A stretch of DNA of 64,000 nucleotides from Octopus sinensis (Eukaryota): assembly GCF_006345805.1 (NCBI RefSeq), contig NC_042999.1, forward strand, positions 2,418,001 to 2,482,000, given 5' to 3'. The position numbers and the translations under genes are program-made. Below the pieces are notes generated by a model. It worked only from the letters and a program-made list of their open reading frames with translations, ran no database searches and was not told where the DNA came from. How positions within the stretch are numbered: position 1 is the first letter of the stretch; each line of letters starts with the position of its first letter. Shown here piece by piece: positions 13,134 through 25,810 of this stretch.

Positions 13134-13565
13134 ATAGGCACAGGAGTGGCTGTGTGGTAAGTAGCTTGCTAACCAACCACATGGTTCTGGGTTCAGTCCC
13201 ACTGCGTGGCATCTTAGGCAAGTGTCTTCTGCTATAGCCCCGGGCCGACCAAAGCCTTGTGTGTGGATTTGGTAGACGGAAACTGAAAGAAGCCTGTCGT
13301 ATATATGTATATATATATATATATAGATATATATGTGTGTGCATGTGTGTTTGTGTGTCTGTGTTTGTCCCCCTAGCATTGCTTGACAATCGATGCTGGT
13401 GTGTTTATGTCCCCGTTACTTAGCGGTTCGGCAAAAGAGACCGATAGAATAAGTACTGGGCTTACAAAAGAATAAAGTCCCGGAGTCGAGTTGCTCGATT
13501 AAAGGCGGTGCTCCAGCATGGCCACAGTCAGAAGACTGAAACAAGTAAAAGAGAAAGAGTAAAAG
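13134..13565 (+). mobile_element. SINE family A, full length
   Basis: Runs from ggcacaggagtggctgtgtggtaagtagcttgc to aaacaagtaaaagagaaagagtaaaagag. Confidence 0.9.
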
Positions 13566-14193
13566 AGTATGTCTGTGTATGTATGTATGTATGTATGTAT
13601 GTATGTATGTATGTATTTGTGTGTATGTATGTCTGTCTGTATGTATGTCTGTCTGTCTGTATGTATGTATGTATGTATGCATGCATGTGTCTGTATGTAT
13701 GTATGTATGCATGTCTGTCTGTATGTATGCATTTATGTATGTATATACAGAGAGATAAATTGTGGAACAGATAGATATAATTATGTGTGTGTGTGTGTAT
13801 GTATGTATATACATATATAAATATATATGTAGATATAGATAAATATAAAGGATACATACATACATATATATATATGTATGTATGTATATGTACACAGAGT
13901 GAGAGAGAAAATACAGAGATAGACAGAGAGAAAGAGGTGAAGGAGATGTCTCACAACATATGTGTACATGATTGGTCATAACACAAAATTTCCATATTTT
14001 TGGTGGAAATCTGTAAAGCAAGACCAGAGTTGAGATTACATTCACAACTACGCAGTATCTAACCTTTATACACACAGCAAATTTCTTAATACACTCACTG
14101 CTACACCATGCATTGAGAAATTTCAATATTCATGCATTTGTTATTGCCAAAGTCTAACATGTGTGTGTATGCATGTGTGAATGTTTGTGTGTG

Positions 14194-14262
<69 letters not shown>

Positions 14263-14530
14263 CTGCGTATGCTTCTATATATATGTATATATACTCACAT
14301 GTTCACATATATACATGTACATATATGCTTAGATACATACATACATACACACACACACACATATATATGTATGTATATATGTATTATTTAAGTATGTGTA
14401 TATGTATGTATGTATATATATGTGTATGCATGTGTGTGTATGTATACACACACACACAAATATATATATATATATATGTATTTATGTATATATGTATTAT
14501 ATAAGTATGTAAGTATGTATGCATGTATGC

Positions 14531-14563
<33 letters not shown>

Positions 14564-15934
14564 CATGTGTATGTATACACACACACAGACACACACACAC
14601 ACACACATACATACACAGACACATATTCACCTCACAACTCCTTCTAGATACAGTCCAATAATGATAGTGATACTATTGATGTACTAAAAGAGATGGTGGT
14701 GGTAGTGGTGGTGGTGGTGGTGGCAGCAAGGAGTTTATCTAAGAAAATGGTATAGTTCTATATTTGCCTGGCACATTATATCAAACAGATTCATGTTGTC
14801 CATTATTTTTTTTACAATATTAACAGAGAATAGCCAGCAGAGATGAATATGTAAAATATACGCATACAAAAATAAGAATCTGCAGCCACGAAAGTCCAAG
14901 AATAAGGTTACAGTATTAAAATTATGCCATATGAATTATTCAAGAATTCACAAGAATTTATTAGAAACGTACAAAAGAGGCGGTTTCTACACAATTATGA
15001 TATTGTTGGAACAAAATGGATTGGCCCTTGGTGTTTCACAAAGAAATAAATCCTGCTGCGTATTGATTTGAGATGTAAAATTATATCTTAAACATAGCTG
15101 TCTACTGTTTTCATAGCTATTATATATTCTGTTTTAGAACATTTAAGCTATGATACATGTTTAAGTATTTGTCATGTATAAGAGAAATAACCACTTAACC
15201 CTCTTCATACTAATCTGCCTGGGTCTCTGCTTGATTCTGTGGCCCAGATTTCATGTTTTAAAATGAACTAAATTAAAATCTTCTTCTTAAAATTTCATGT
15301 TAATTTATGTTCCAAACATCTGCCTAATAATGGTTTCAATAAATGGTTTTGGGGCCAGCAGTTTTTGAGGAGGGGTGCAAATTTGATGGCCATCGTTCAT
15401 TGTTTAATGTCTGTTTCCCATGCTAGCATGGGTAGGACGATTTTGACTGAGGTCTGGTGAACCAGATGGTTGCACCAGACTCCAATCTGATCTGACAGAG
15501 TTTCTACAGCTGGATGCCCTTCTTAATGCCAACCACTCTGAGAGTGTAATGGGTGCTTTTACGTGCCACTGGCACGAGGGCTAGTCAGGCAGTACTGGCA
15601 GTGGCCATGCTCAAATGGTGTTTTGTTATGTGCCTCCTGCACAGAACCCAGTCCAGCAGCATGGGCAATGACTTCACTTGAATGTTTTTTCACATGCCAC
15701 CAGCACAATTGCCAGAAAGGCAACGCTAGATGGACAATTCGTCAACAGACAGTTGGCTGACAGTTGTCTGTCAGACAACTTATAGATCAATATTTCTGCA
15801 TGTTGACTTATTGTCCAATCAGTCAATTGTCCACTTGGTGAATTGTCTTACAGTGAATTGTCTCTCAACAAATTGTCTGTACATGGAATTTGATTACATC
15901 AACCCCAAAACTTGACTGGTACTTGTTTTTTCAG

Positions 15935-16335
15935 GCAGCGAGCTGGCAGAAACATTAGCACGCCAGGCAAAATGTGTAGCCGTATTTTGTCTGCCACTAC
16001 GTTCTGAGTTCAAATTCTGCCATGGTCGACTTTGCCTTTCATCCTTTCAGGGTCGATAAATTAAGTACCAGTTATGCACTGGGGGTGGTATAATCGACTT
16101 AATCCATTTGTCTGTCCTTGTTTGTCCTCTCTGTGGGTAGTAAAGAAATAGGTATTTCGTCTGTAGTCACGTTCTGAGTTCAAATTTCGCCGAGTTCGAC
16201 TTTGCCTTTCATCCTTTCGGGGTCGATAAAATAAGTACCAGTTATGCACTGCGGTCGATATAATCAACGTAATCCATTTGTCTATCCTTGTTTGTCCTCC
16301 CTGTGTTTAGCCCCTTGTGGGCAGTAAAGAAACAG
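15935..16335 (+). mobile_element. SINE family B (tRNA-like head), tandem partial copies
   Basis: ggcagcgagctggcagaaacattagcacgccaggcaaaatg..ttctgagttcaaatt..gtcgactttgcctttcatcctttc..aaagaaatagg is repeated. A-box-like and B-box-like (GAGTTCAAAT) motifs are present. Confidence 0.85.
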
Positions 16336-16801
16336 GTACTTGTTTTATCAAACCCAAGATCATGAAAAGCAAAGGTGGCCTTGATGGAATTTGAACTCAG
16401 ACTGTGAAGATGGACAAAATGCTTAATAGTATTTTGTCCATCATGCTAACAGTTCTGCCAACTTGCAGCCACAAGTTTAATAATGACAAACTTATTTCAT
16501 TACATTCTTCATTATTTTCAAAATTAAGTTAAAGTGATCTAAATTAAAAAAAAAAAACCCTCCATCACAATTTCTAGTTAATTTATGCTTCAAGCATCAG
16601 TTTTATAATGACGAAAATTATTTTACTAAATTGCTCATTATTTTGAAAAACTGATTGAATGAAAAACAGTTTATTTCAACAGAAATATGGTACCAAAAGT
16701 GTTAAAGTTCATAGTTATCTGATGACACCAGGTGATATAAAATTAAACGAGAAGAAGATTTTGGAGAAAATTTTTTCTCGCTTATATATTATATATGTAT
16801 G

Positions 16802-16832
<31 letters not shown>

Positions 16833-16854
16833 ATATATATATATGTATATGTAT

Positions 16855-16886
<32 letters not shown>

Positions 16887-16893
16887 GTATATG

Positions 16894-17018
<125 letters not shown>

Positions 17019-17189
17019 ATATATATAGATATATATATATATATATAGATATATATATAAGTTTAACAATTAAGGATAATCTCTTAATAAGGGATCTTAA
17101 CAAGAAATTATCGGGTAGCTAGCGTGAAAACCTCATAAAAGAAAAGAATTCGAAAATAATTTTTTTCTTTGAACAAATTAATTATATCT

Positions 17190-17505
17190 ATATTGTATAG
17201 AGGGCATTATTACACATAATGCCTCACACTAAGAGGGACAAAGTCATTACTACCAAAATTATACTAATCATACCCAAATGCAGTTTTTCAAGCAAGACAT
17301 TTAAAAAATGAATTTAGTTCTGTATCACCGTGATTTCACATTCAACTTACGTAAGTTGAATGTGAAATCACGGTGATACAGAACTAAATTCATTTTTTAA
17401 TGTCTTGCTTTGAAGAACTGCATTTGGGTATGATTAGTATAATTTTGGTAGTAATGACTTTGTCCCTCCTAGTGTGAGGCATTTATGTGTAATAATGCCC
17501 TCTAT

Positions 17506-17512
<7 letters not shown>
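17190..17512. repeat. Near-perfect spacerless palindrome (~161-bp arms)
   Basis: Centre ttcaacttac|gtaagttgaa at 17350/17351. The arms differ by about 3 substitutions and 2 single-base indels. Confidence 0.95.
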
Positions 17513-17547
<35 letters not shown>

Positions 17548-17560
17548 GTATATATATATA

Positions 17561-17593
<33 letters not shown>

Positions 17594-18409
17594 ATATTAT
17601 ATATATATGTATATATATATATGTATATATATATTATATATGTATATATATATATATGTATTATATATATTATATATATATATTATATATGTATGTAGTA
17701 TGTATATATATATATATATTGCACTTCATATTCAGCAGTTTCCTAAAATGAAACAATGATAATTAAATTACTGTGAATAGTCTTGGACAAATACAGGAAC
17801 TGTGGAATTGTTCTGAAATAGGTTTGTCTCCTCTGCATGTGTAGATCATGACAAGATGTTTGTTAGTTATGATCTTTTGAAATTTATAGTAATAAGTCAC
17901 GTTCAGTTGAAACTGCTTTCAACATAAAACATTTGGTGGCAATTCCCAATACAGTGAACATGCTACAATGTTCGTGACAAAGATGCTAAATGCTGTCGCA
18001 CTAGATCTTTATCCTGATTCACACATCATTGGTTCACATCCATTACATTCCTATATTATTGATTTCCAATTTTGGCACCTGGACATTCATTTCAAAGGAC
18101 AGGCCTAGTCGATTACATTGACTCCCAGTGTTCAACTGGTATGTATTCAGGTGGCGAGCTGGCAGAAACGTTAGCACTCCGGGCAAAATGCTTAGCGGTA
18201 GTTTGTCTGCTGCTACGTTCTGAGTTCAAATTCCGTCAAGGTCGACTTTGCCTTTCATCCTGTCAGGGTCGATAAATTAAGTACCAGTTGTGCACTGGGG
18301 TCAATATAATAGACTTTGCCTTTCATCCTTTCTGGGTCGATAAATTAAGTACTAGTTATGTACTGGGGTCGATATAATCGACTTAATACCTATGAGATAT
18401 TCAGCAACA

Positions 18410-18730
18410 GTACTTTGTAGTAAAGATTGTTTGCCAACATAACATGGCAGTCCTGGTTTAGGGCTAATGTTGCTTTAATTTAGCCCCAGGAGACATCGTC
18501 TCCAGCTGGCTATATTATTCTGTGCTGATGAAGAGAAATAACCCAGAAATTGTGATACACAGATATTGTTTTGAGCTGAGTAGGGATGCCAGATTCCCTT
18601 ATTCAAAAATATAAGGACACAGATCGTGTTGTATAGCCAGCTGGAGGTGATGTCTCCTGAGGCTAAATTACAGCAACATTAGTCCTAAATCAGGACTACC
18701 ATGCTATGTTGGCAAACAATCTTTACTACA
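18410..18730. mobile_element. Foldback/MITE-like element with ~100-bp inverted arms
   Basis: gtagtaaagattgtttgccaacataacatggcagtcctgg..ccagctggctata / tatagccagctgg..ccatgctatgttggcaaacaatctttactac. A second family member lies at 33775-33975. Confidence 0.75.
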
Positions 18731-20119
18731 AAACCTGTGATGATAAACTAATTGTCCAGTAAAAATTATGAGGGATTTTTCAGCCAGGAACACTTTGTAA
18801 CTTCTGCAGTGAAATACAAACTTTAAACCCCAACATTTCCAAAATTTGCGAAGAGTCATCAATAGCAATCTATTCTACTTATTCTTGAAAGCACTGTTCC
18901 CATTGGTTAAATTTCAGGAAGAATAAATATGCTCCAAGTTTGCTTCAAGTTATAAGCTGTGAAGTGAATCGCTATATCTAATATACAGAAATCCATTTTA
19001 TTAGGAAAATTTTGCAAAGCTGGAACATGGAAATATCTTTGAAACCACTTTACAACCAATTCTGAATTCTAAAGCCAGCTGTGCTCTCAAAGTATAAATA
19101 TACTTTACAAAATAAAATAAAATTAAGTTTCATTACGTCTTTCATTTCTTTAAAATATCTTCTAATTTTGTTTCCAATGAAGTGCCTCTCAAACATTTCA
19201 ACACTTGAAACAAAATATATAAAAGAAATGAAAACAATCTATAAAATAAATAAAAGAAAAATCTATCAGGAAATTTCTATAATGTAAGTAAAATATATTT
19301 ATAATCTAACCTAATGTTATTAATTTCCACTTTCTTGAAAAAGCATCTTTTAGCAGAAATAATTTCCTAGAATACTTTCATCGTATGTTGCACATAGCAA
19401 TAATGAAATATTTAACGAATATATCAGTGTTGTTTGTAACTAAAACTTAATTTTAAATTTACGAAATTTTCATCAAAAATTTTTGGTGATGATGAAAGTT
19501 GTTTTTTCATGTATTTTATTCGTTTTATTTATTTTTTCCTTGTTCAGTTGCAAAAAAAAAAAATAATAATAAAAACAGAAAGAAATTTGTGAAATTAAAC
19601 AAAAAATTTTCTGCTTTATTAATAATTTTCCTGAAATGAAAGAAGTAATATTTTAATTCTATTTCTTCCTGAAATTATTATTTACTATATTTGTCTTGAG
19701 GTAACTAAATTATTGATAATCCAATATTGTAAAAAAATAGAAATGTTTATGTGGCTTTCACTGTTTGTTATTCGTAAAGCTCAGCAATAAAAATTGGAGT
19801 GATTGCATAATTTTACTTTAGAATAAGTAAATAAATAAAACATAAAAATAAAAATACATAAACCATAAAAAAAATAATAATAAATGAAGGAATAAAAATC
19901 ACCTTGTGAAATATAGCTGAATATTTTGTCAAAATGTAACTCATTTACTTTCAAACACTCCTTCCATATGTTCAAAGAAATACATATTTTTGAAAATCTA
20001 AGACAGAGAGATCAAATGTCAATTACGGTACATAAGGAAATTGGTATTTATGTCATGCAAGAATTTCACTTTACAAATCAGGTTCTATCATTTGATTGGC
20101 TGGAGTTCAATAATCTATT

Positions 20120-20830
20120 CCCTCTTAAACATCATCACTGTCATCATTTAATGTCCATTTTCCAAGCTGGCATGGGTTGGGGGAGTTGGTCTGTAGCTGA
20201 CAAGCTGGAAAGCTGCATTAGGTTTCATTTGTTTGTTTTGGCATGATTTCTGTGGCTAGATGTCCTTCTTGATGCCAACCACTTCACAGAGTGTACTGGA
20301 TGCTTTATAATTTGTGCCAGCACAGGTGCTCATTTACGTCGCATCAGAATGGGTGCTTTTTATGTGGTTCCAGCATAGGTACTTTTCTATGTAGCATCAA
20401 CATGGATGCTTTTTACATGGTGCCAGCATGGGTACTTCTTACATGGAACCAACACAAGTGCTTTTCACATGGCACCTGCAGAGGTGCTTTTTAAATGGCA
20501 CCAGCACAGGTGCATTTTACACAGTACCAGCACAGGTGATTTTCGCATGGCACCAGCACAGGCGCTTTCTACATGACACTAGCACAGGTGCTTTTTACAT
20601 GGCACCAGCACAGGTGCTTTTCACATAGCACAAGCACAGGTGCTTTTTACACAGCACCAGCATGTGTGCTTTTTACATGACACCAGCACAGGTGCTTTTT
20701 ACATGGCACCAGCACAGGTGCTTTTCACATGGCACAAGCACAGGTGCTTTTTACATGACACCAGCACAGGTGCTTTTTACATGTCACCAGCACAGGTGCT
20801 TTTTACATGGTACCAGCATACAAGCATTTT
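20120..20830 (-). repeat. Degenerate family C SINE with an internal 26-bp tandem array (~19 units, 20315-20822)
   Basis: Unit ACCAGCACAGGTGCTTTTTACATGGC with period 26 (e.g. 20581 and 20607). Confidence 0.85.
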
Positions 20831-21339
20831 TTGTGGCAGTCAGGGATTGGATTGAATTGGATTGGCTATATTCTGTCTGCTGCAGGATGAGGGCGTCTTC
20901 TCCACCAACCACAGTTTGATGTGCATGCAGTGAATTTGAGCTTCACTGCATGCACATCCTAGTTTAATGATCCTACTCTGCCACACTGACTTAACATGTC
21001 TTCGCAGAGGGATGCAGTTTTTATACACTTACCCAAGAATAGTTAAGTCAAATACATCAACCCTAGTGCACAACTGGTACTAATTTTATCAATCCTGCAA
21101 AGATGAATGATAAAATCAGCCCTGACAGAATTTGGACTTAGAACATAAGGATGAAGGAAATACTCTCACCTGGCATGCTAACAATTCTGCCAGCGCACCA
21201 CCGAAATGCAGTCAGTTACACATAATTCTTCCTCATGTAAATGCTTTACCCAGCTGAACAGGCACACTATGTCTTCATACTGGTAAGCACGTTAAATAAT
21301 TCTAATCATGTTCAAACACACAAAGTGTATTCAATAATA

Positions 21340-21945
21340 TTCTTTTCTACTCTAGGTACAAGGCTCCAAATTTTGGGGGAGGGGCCCAGTCGATTAAATT
21401 GACCCCAGTGCTCAACAGGTACTTAATTTATTGACCCCGAAAGGATGAAAGACAAAGTCGACCTCGGTGGAATTTGAACTCAGAACGTAAAGACAGACGA
21501 AAAACTGCTAAGTATTTCGCCCGGTGTGCTAACATTTCTGCCAGCTCACCACCTTAAATATTCTTTTTAACTCTAGGCATAAGGCCCGAAATTTTTTGGG
21601 GAGGGAGACCAGTCGATTAGATCGCCCCAAGAATGCAACTGGTACTTAATTTATCGACCTTGAAAAATGAAAAGCAAAGTCAACCTCGGCAGAATTTGAA
21701 CTCAGAATGTAAAGACAGATGAAATACCTATTTCTTTATTGCCCACAAGGGGCTAAACATAGAGGGGACAAAGAAGAACAGACAAACGGATTAAGTCGAT
21801 TACATTGACCCCAGTGCATCACTGGTACTTAATTTTAATTTATCGACCCCGAAAGGACGAAAGGTAAAGTCAACCTCGGCGGTATTTGAACTCAGAACAC
21901 AGCGGTGGACGAAATACTACTAAGCATTTCACCCGGCATGCTAAC
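21340..21945 (-). mobile_element. Cluster of SINE family B copies
   Basis: Reverse complement of family B (aggatgaaagacaaagtcgacctcggtggaatttgaactcagaac..tgctaacatttctgccagctc). Confidence 0.85.
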
Positions 21946-22426
21946 ATCACCACCGAAATGCAGTCAGTCATACATAATTCTTTCCCACGGAAATGCTTTA
22001 CCCAGCTGAACAGGCACACTATTTCTTCATACTGGTAAGCACGTTAAATAATCCCAATCGTGTGCAAACACACAAACTGTATTCAATAATATTAGCCTAA
22101 CAATGATATCATATCAACTGAAAATAAATTGGATTGATTTCATTTGGTTCGTTTGTTTCTGTATCTGTTATCAAACCACAATGTTTATTAATTGAGTTTG
22201 GAACATCAGTCAAAACTTCAGGGATTGACTCTACATTCGGTTCATGCTCAATATTTGCATCTTTGTCATTTACTGTGTTCAGACTAATATAGCCTGTTGA
22301 CTTTTAAGAATCACAGGTCTAGTATTGCCTGTTTAAGAAATAAACCTAGCTTGTTGTGATTCCTCATATTTCCTGTATCAATACCATATTGGAACTACAG
22401 TTTGTAAGACAGTTACTGTTGATCAT

Positions 22427-22655
22427 GCGGCGAGCTGGCAGAAATGTTAGCATGCCGGGCAAAATGCTTAGCTGTATTTCGTCTGTCATTATGTTCTGAG
22501 TTCAAATTCCGCCGAGGTCGACTTTGCCTTTCACCCTTTCGGGGTCGATAAATAAAGTACCAGTTTCACACTGGGGTCAATGTAATTGACTTAATCCCTT
22601 TGTCTGTCCTTGTTTGTCCCCTGTGTTTAGCCCCTTGTGGGTAGTAAAGAAATAC
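22427..22655 (+). mobile_element. SINE family B, full length
   Basis: Runs from gcggcgagctggcagaaatgttagc to gtagtaaagaaata. Confidence 0.9.
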
Positions 22656-22859
22656 ATATGTCTGGCCGTCAAAGGAAAGGAACTGAGAAGCACTCAATGT
22701 AGGGGTACTGTCTGATAACTGAAAACTATGAGGTTTCATTCCAACCCACTCAAGACCGACCTTGGTTCTATAATAAAACCTCCTGTTTTAGAGGGATTTT
22801 GATTAAAACCTTCCCTCAAAATTTCATGTTAATTTCTGTTCCAAATACCAATACAAGTG

Positions 22860-23820
22860 CTGTGTTTTTTAACAAACCATCCAATTTCCAAGAATTTCCT
22901 TCCAATATTTGAGTATTCTGTTTCAGTTGTGGTTAACATGTTTGACAAATAAATACTTCTTGATGTATATTTATTGCTTGTATCAGTCGCTAGTTGACCT
23001 CTTCGTGACAACGCAAATCCGAGAAATAAGTTTTGACCTTAGCATTTCTTTTATTTATTCAAACGATAAAGATTTTTTCTTGTTATCTGGTGGTGAGAAT
23101 TCTCACAATATAATACCATGTTTACCATTTAACACGAATAGCAATATGAGATCCAAACAACGATCAATATATTTTTCACACAAATTAACAAGCTAAAAAA
23201 TATTGTTTCTTACCCTTTGGTGAATTTTACACCTGTAATTCTCACCACTGAAGGATTATTTAGTGATATACCTTCCTTTGTCAGTCAATATCCCTCCAAC
23301 GACAATTCATCACTCTTTAACACAGACTTAACTGAATTTATCACCATACCTGATCATTTCAACTGTTTTATAACCTTATCTACCTTTGTTATGCAGGCTT
23401 TCACCAGTTTTAGTACCAAGACATACATCAATGTCATTTCCAACAACATGTTCAATAGCTGTCTGAAACATAATGCTGGCTGTTTTAATTCCATGAGGGA
23501 GACATGTCCATCTGAAAAGAACTAACTATTCGTATATTTATCATAGTAACTTCTCTTGCTTCAGAACATATCTTTATCTCCTGATATGACTCTTTTAAAT
23601 CCAATTTAGCAAAACAATTCATGCCAGAAAGAGAATGAAATATCGATTCTGGTATAGAATCTTCCTGGCACCTCTACTGTCATGGCATGCAATTTTTATC
23701 TAAATACACTTGCAACAATAGGCACATTCTTTCTCTTGTAGATGCTTTAACAAGCTCAATATCCAAACTGCTGCCTTACAAGATAAGTAGCCTTCTTAAA
23801 TAGTTCCCAATCATATTCTC
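22860..23820 (-). pseudogene. Ty3/gypsy LTR-retrotransposon pol relic (RT and RNase H)
   Basis: Minus-strand motifs SLSGMNCFAKLDLKESY, WTCLPHGIKTASIMFQTAIE, L..SGMVIN..KS, TD.S and LTTTETEYSNIGRKFLEIGWFVKK correspond to gypsy RT/RNaseH motifs. There are many stops and frameshifts. Confidence 0.8.
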
Positions 23821-23821
23821 T

Positions 23822-24195
23822 AGAAAAACGCCGCCGCAGTGGTGATCTCATTCTTGCTCACAACATCATAAGCGGAAAGTGTAACCTCTCGAAAGAGCTG
23901 TTCTTCACTCCTGCTCCAGAGCGTCGGCTGCGGGGTCATTCTGAAAAGCTCTATCTGCGACGATTTCATCTCAATTGAAGGAGAGGGGCTTTCTCCGTCC
24001 GGGTTGTGGATCCGTGGAACAAGCTGCCAGATGAGATAGTGAAGATGCCGACGACCGCTTTGTTCAAAGTCTCCCTTGACCTCAAGTGGCCTGAACTCTT
24101 TACATTAACACCACCCTGTACATAACTCCATGTCCCCCTACATGGCCTTGCTTTTTGCTTTATGAGCCAAAAAATTAACTAACTAACTAACTAAC
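23822..24195 (+). mobile_element. 5'-truncated CR1-clade LINE 3' end with (TAAC)n tail
   Basis: EKRRRSGDLILAHNII..RGHSEKL..AFSVRVVDPWNKLPDEIV..FKVSLD is the typical CR1 ORF2 C-terminus. It has one in-frame TGA and a taactaactaactaac tail. Confidence 0.85.
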
Positions 24196-24322
24196 ATGCA
24201 GATAAGCTAAAAAAAAGATATCACAATGTCTTGTACCACCCCATGTACATTACCAAAAGCATAATGTCTGAACACAATGTCTTTTCTATAAATTGCAATC
24301 CTCTGGAACATATCATTGGCTT

Positions 24323-24734
24323 GGATCTTTTCGGTTTGAACGGCAGTTTTTAAAAATAATTTATATGTAACTAAACACTTTTAAACTTCATATACTGGTA
24401 GAATGTGTTTATAAAACATCTTTTTCTCTTAGCTTTATTGAGAAAATTCTATAGTTTGTAAGGTATTTGTTGTTTTGTTTTTCTTCAATTTCTGCAATTT
24501 CAACCAATCAATAACATCTATTGAGGTGAAAAAATTCTGTGCCGTATGAACATGTCCCTCGTTTAAGAAACAAATTGGGTTTATTTACATTTCTGAAGAA
24601 AAAAGATACCCTTCCCCCCACCCCTAAACCTAACTAACCCTAACCCTAAAACAGATCGATACTAGGGTCATAATTATGGGTGACAATTTCATATGACACC
24701 ACTAGAAAAACTGCCGTTCAAACCGAAAAGATCC
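24323..24734. mobile_element. Non-autonomous TIR element (MITE), 29-bp TIR, 8-bp TSD ATTGGCTT
   Basis: GGATCTTTTCGGTTTGAACGGCAGTTTTT at 24323 and its exact reverse complement at 24706-24734. ATTGGCTT lies at 24315-24322 and 24735-24742. Confidence 0.92.
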
Positions 24735-25544
24735 ATTGGCTTCTCACAGGTTTTTCAGCCGATGCCAATAACTAAAGACAACACGGAAGTCTTTAAGTGG
24801 TTCGTAAGAAATAGCTGTCAATCCTCCTCCAAATCATGTCATTCTAACTTAAAAGTAAAAAAAAAGATGTGTTAAAGAATGTGGCCCTAGGTATGGTAAG
24901 TGATGAGCTGATCAAAGCTGGGTCAACTTTAATCATTTGACTTAATGACCGGAGCTTGATTGGATCTAAAAACCACAACAGCAACAATAAGAACAGCCTA
25001 CAGGAAATTTAATCTGAACATCAAGCACATCTTGATGGCGTGCAATAAGCACACCATTCCTACGTGGGTCATTGCCAGAGCTGCCTAATTGGCTCCCTGT
25101 GCCAGTGGCACGTAAAAAGAACCATCCAAATGTGGTCAATGCCAGCCCGCCACCCAGCCCCAACAGGCTCCTGTGCTGATGGCACGTAAAAAACACCATC
25201 TGGACGTGGCTGATGCCAGTGCCGCCTGATTGACTCCTGTGCCAGTGGCATGTAAAAAACACCCACTACACTCTCAGAGTGGTTAGTGTTAGGAAGGGCA
25301 TCAAGCTGTAGAAACTCTGCCAGATCAAGATTGAAGCCTGGTGCAGCCATCTGGTTCGCCAGCCCTCAGTCAAATCATCCAACACATGCTAGCATGTAAA
25401 GCGGACGTTAAACGATGATGATGATGATGATACATAAACATCACCACAAAGAATACAGGTGGAATTCTCCCATCAAAACATCTACCAGGGGCCAGATATA
25501 GTTGTTGGGACAGACAGGAAAAAGTATGTACTGACACAAAAGTC

Positions 25545-25810
25545 AACAACCCGACTGATGTGAACATCTCTTTGGAAATCAAAGAGGAAGAAGATAGTTA
25601 TGGACAACTGCTTTGAAACATTCTTATTCACATTTACACCAATAACAATTGGTGCTCTTGGGTTTGTTAGTAAATACCTATATGACAATATGGAGAAGCT
25701 CAGGTTTGCAGAAAAAGAAATCAACCAGGTAAGACACATATTACAAAGATAATCTGTAGGTGGAATGGTAAAAATATGCAAGATTTTCCTTGAGTTTAAA
25801 ATGTGACATT
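25545..25810 (+). pseudogene. C-terminal RLE domain relic of a non-LTR retrotransposon (distinct family)
   Basis: P.DVNISLEIKE.EDSYGQL..FTPITIGALGFVSKYL..ICKIFLEFKM*. The PI..GALG motif is shared with the 50342-50695 domain. Confidence 0.6.

Noticed and set aside
14830-15070. Overlapping open frames in unique DNA (e.g. MPYELFKNSQEFIRNVQKRRFLHNYDIVGTKWIGPW)
   Set aside because: No consistent splice sites or recognisable domain.
24620-24650. CCCTAA telomere-like repeats
   Set aside because: Only 2-3 imperfect units, internal to a MITE; not an interstitial telomere.
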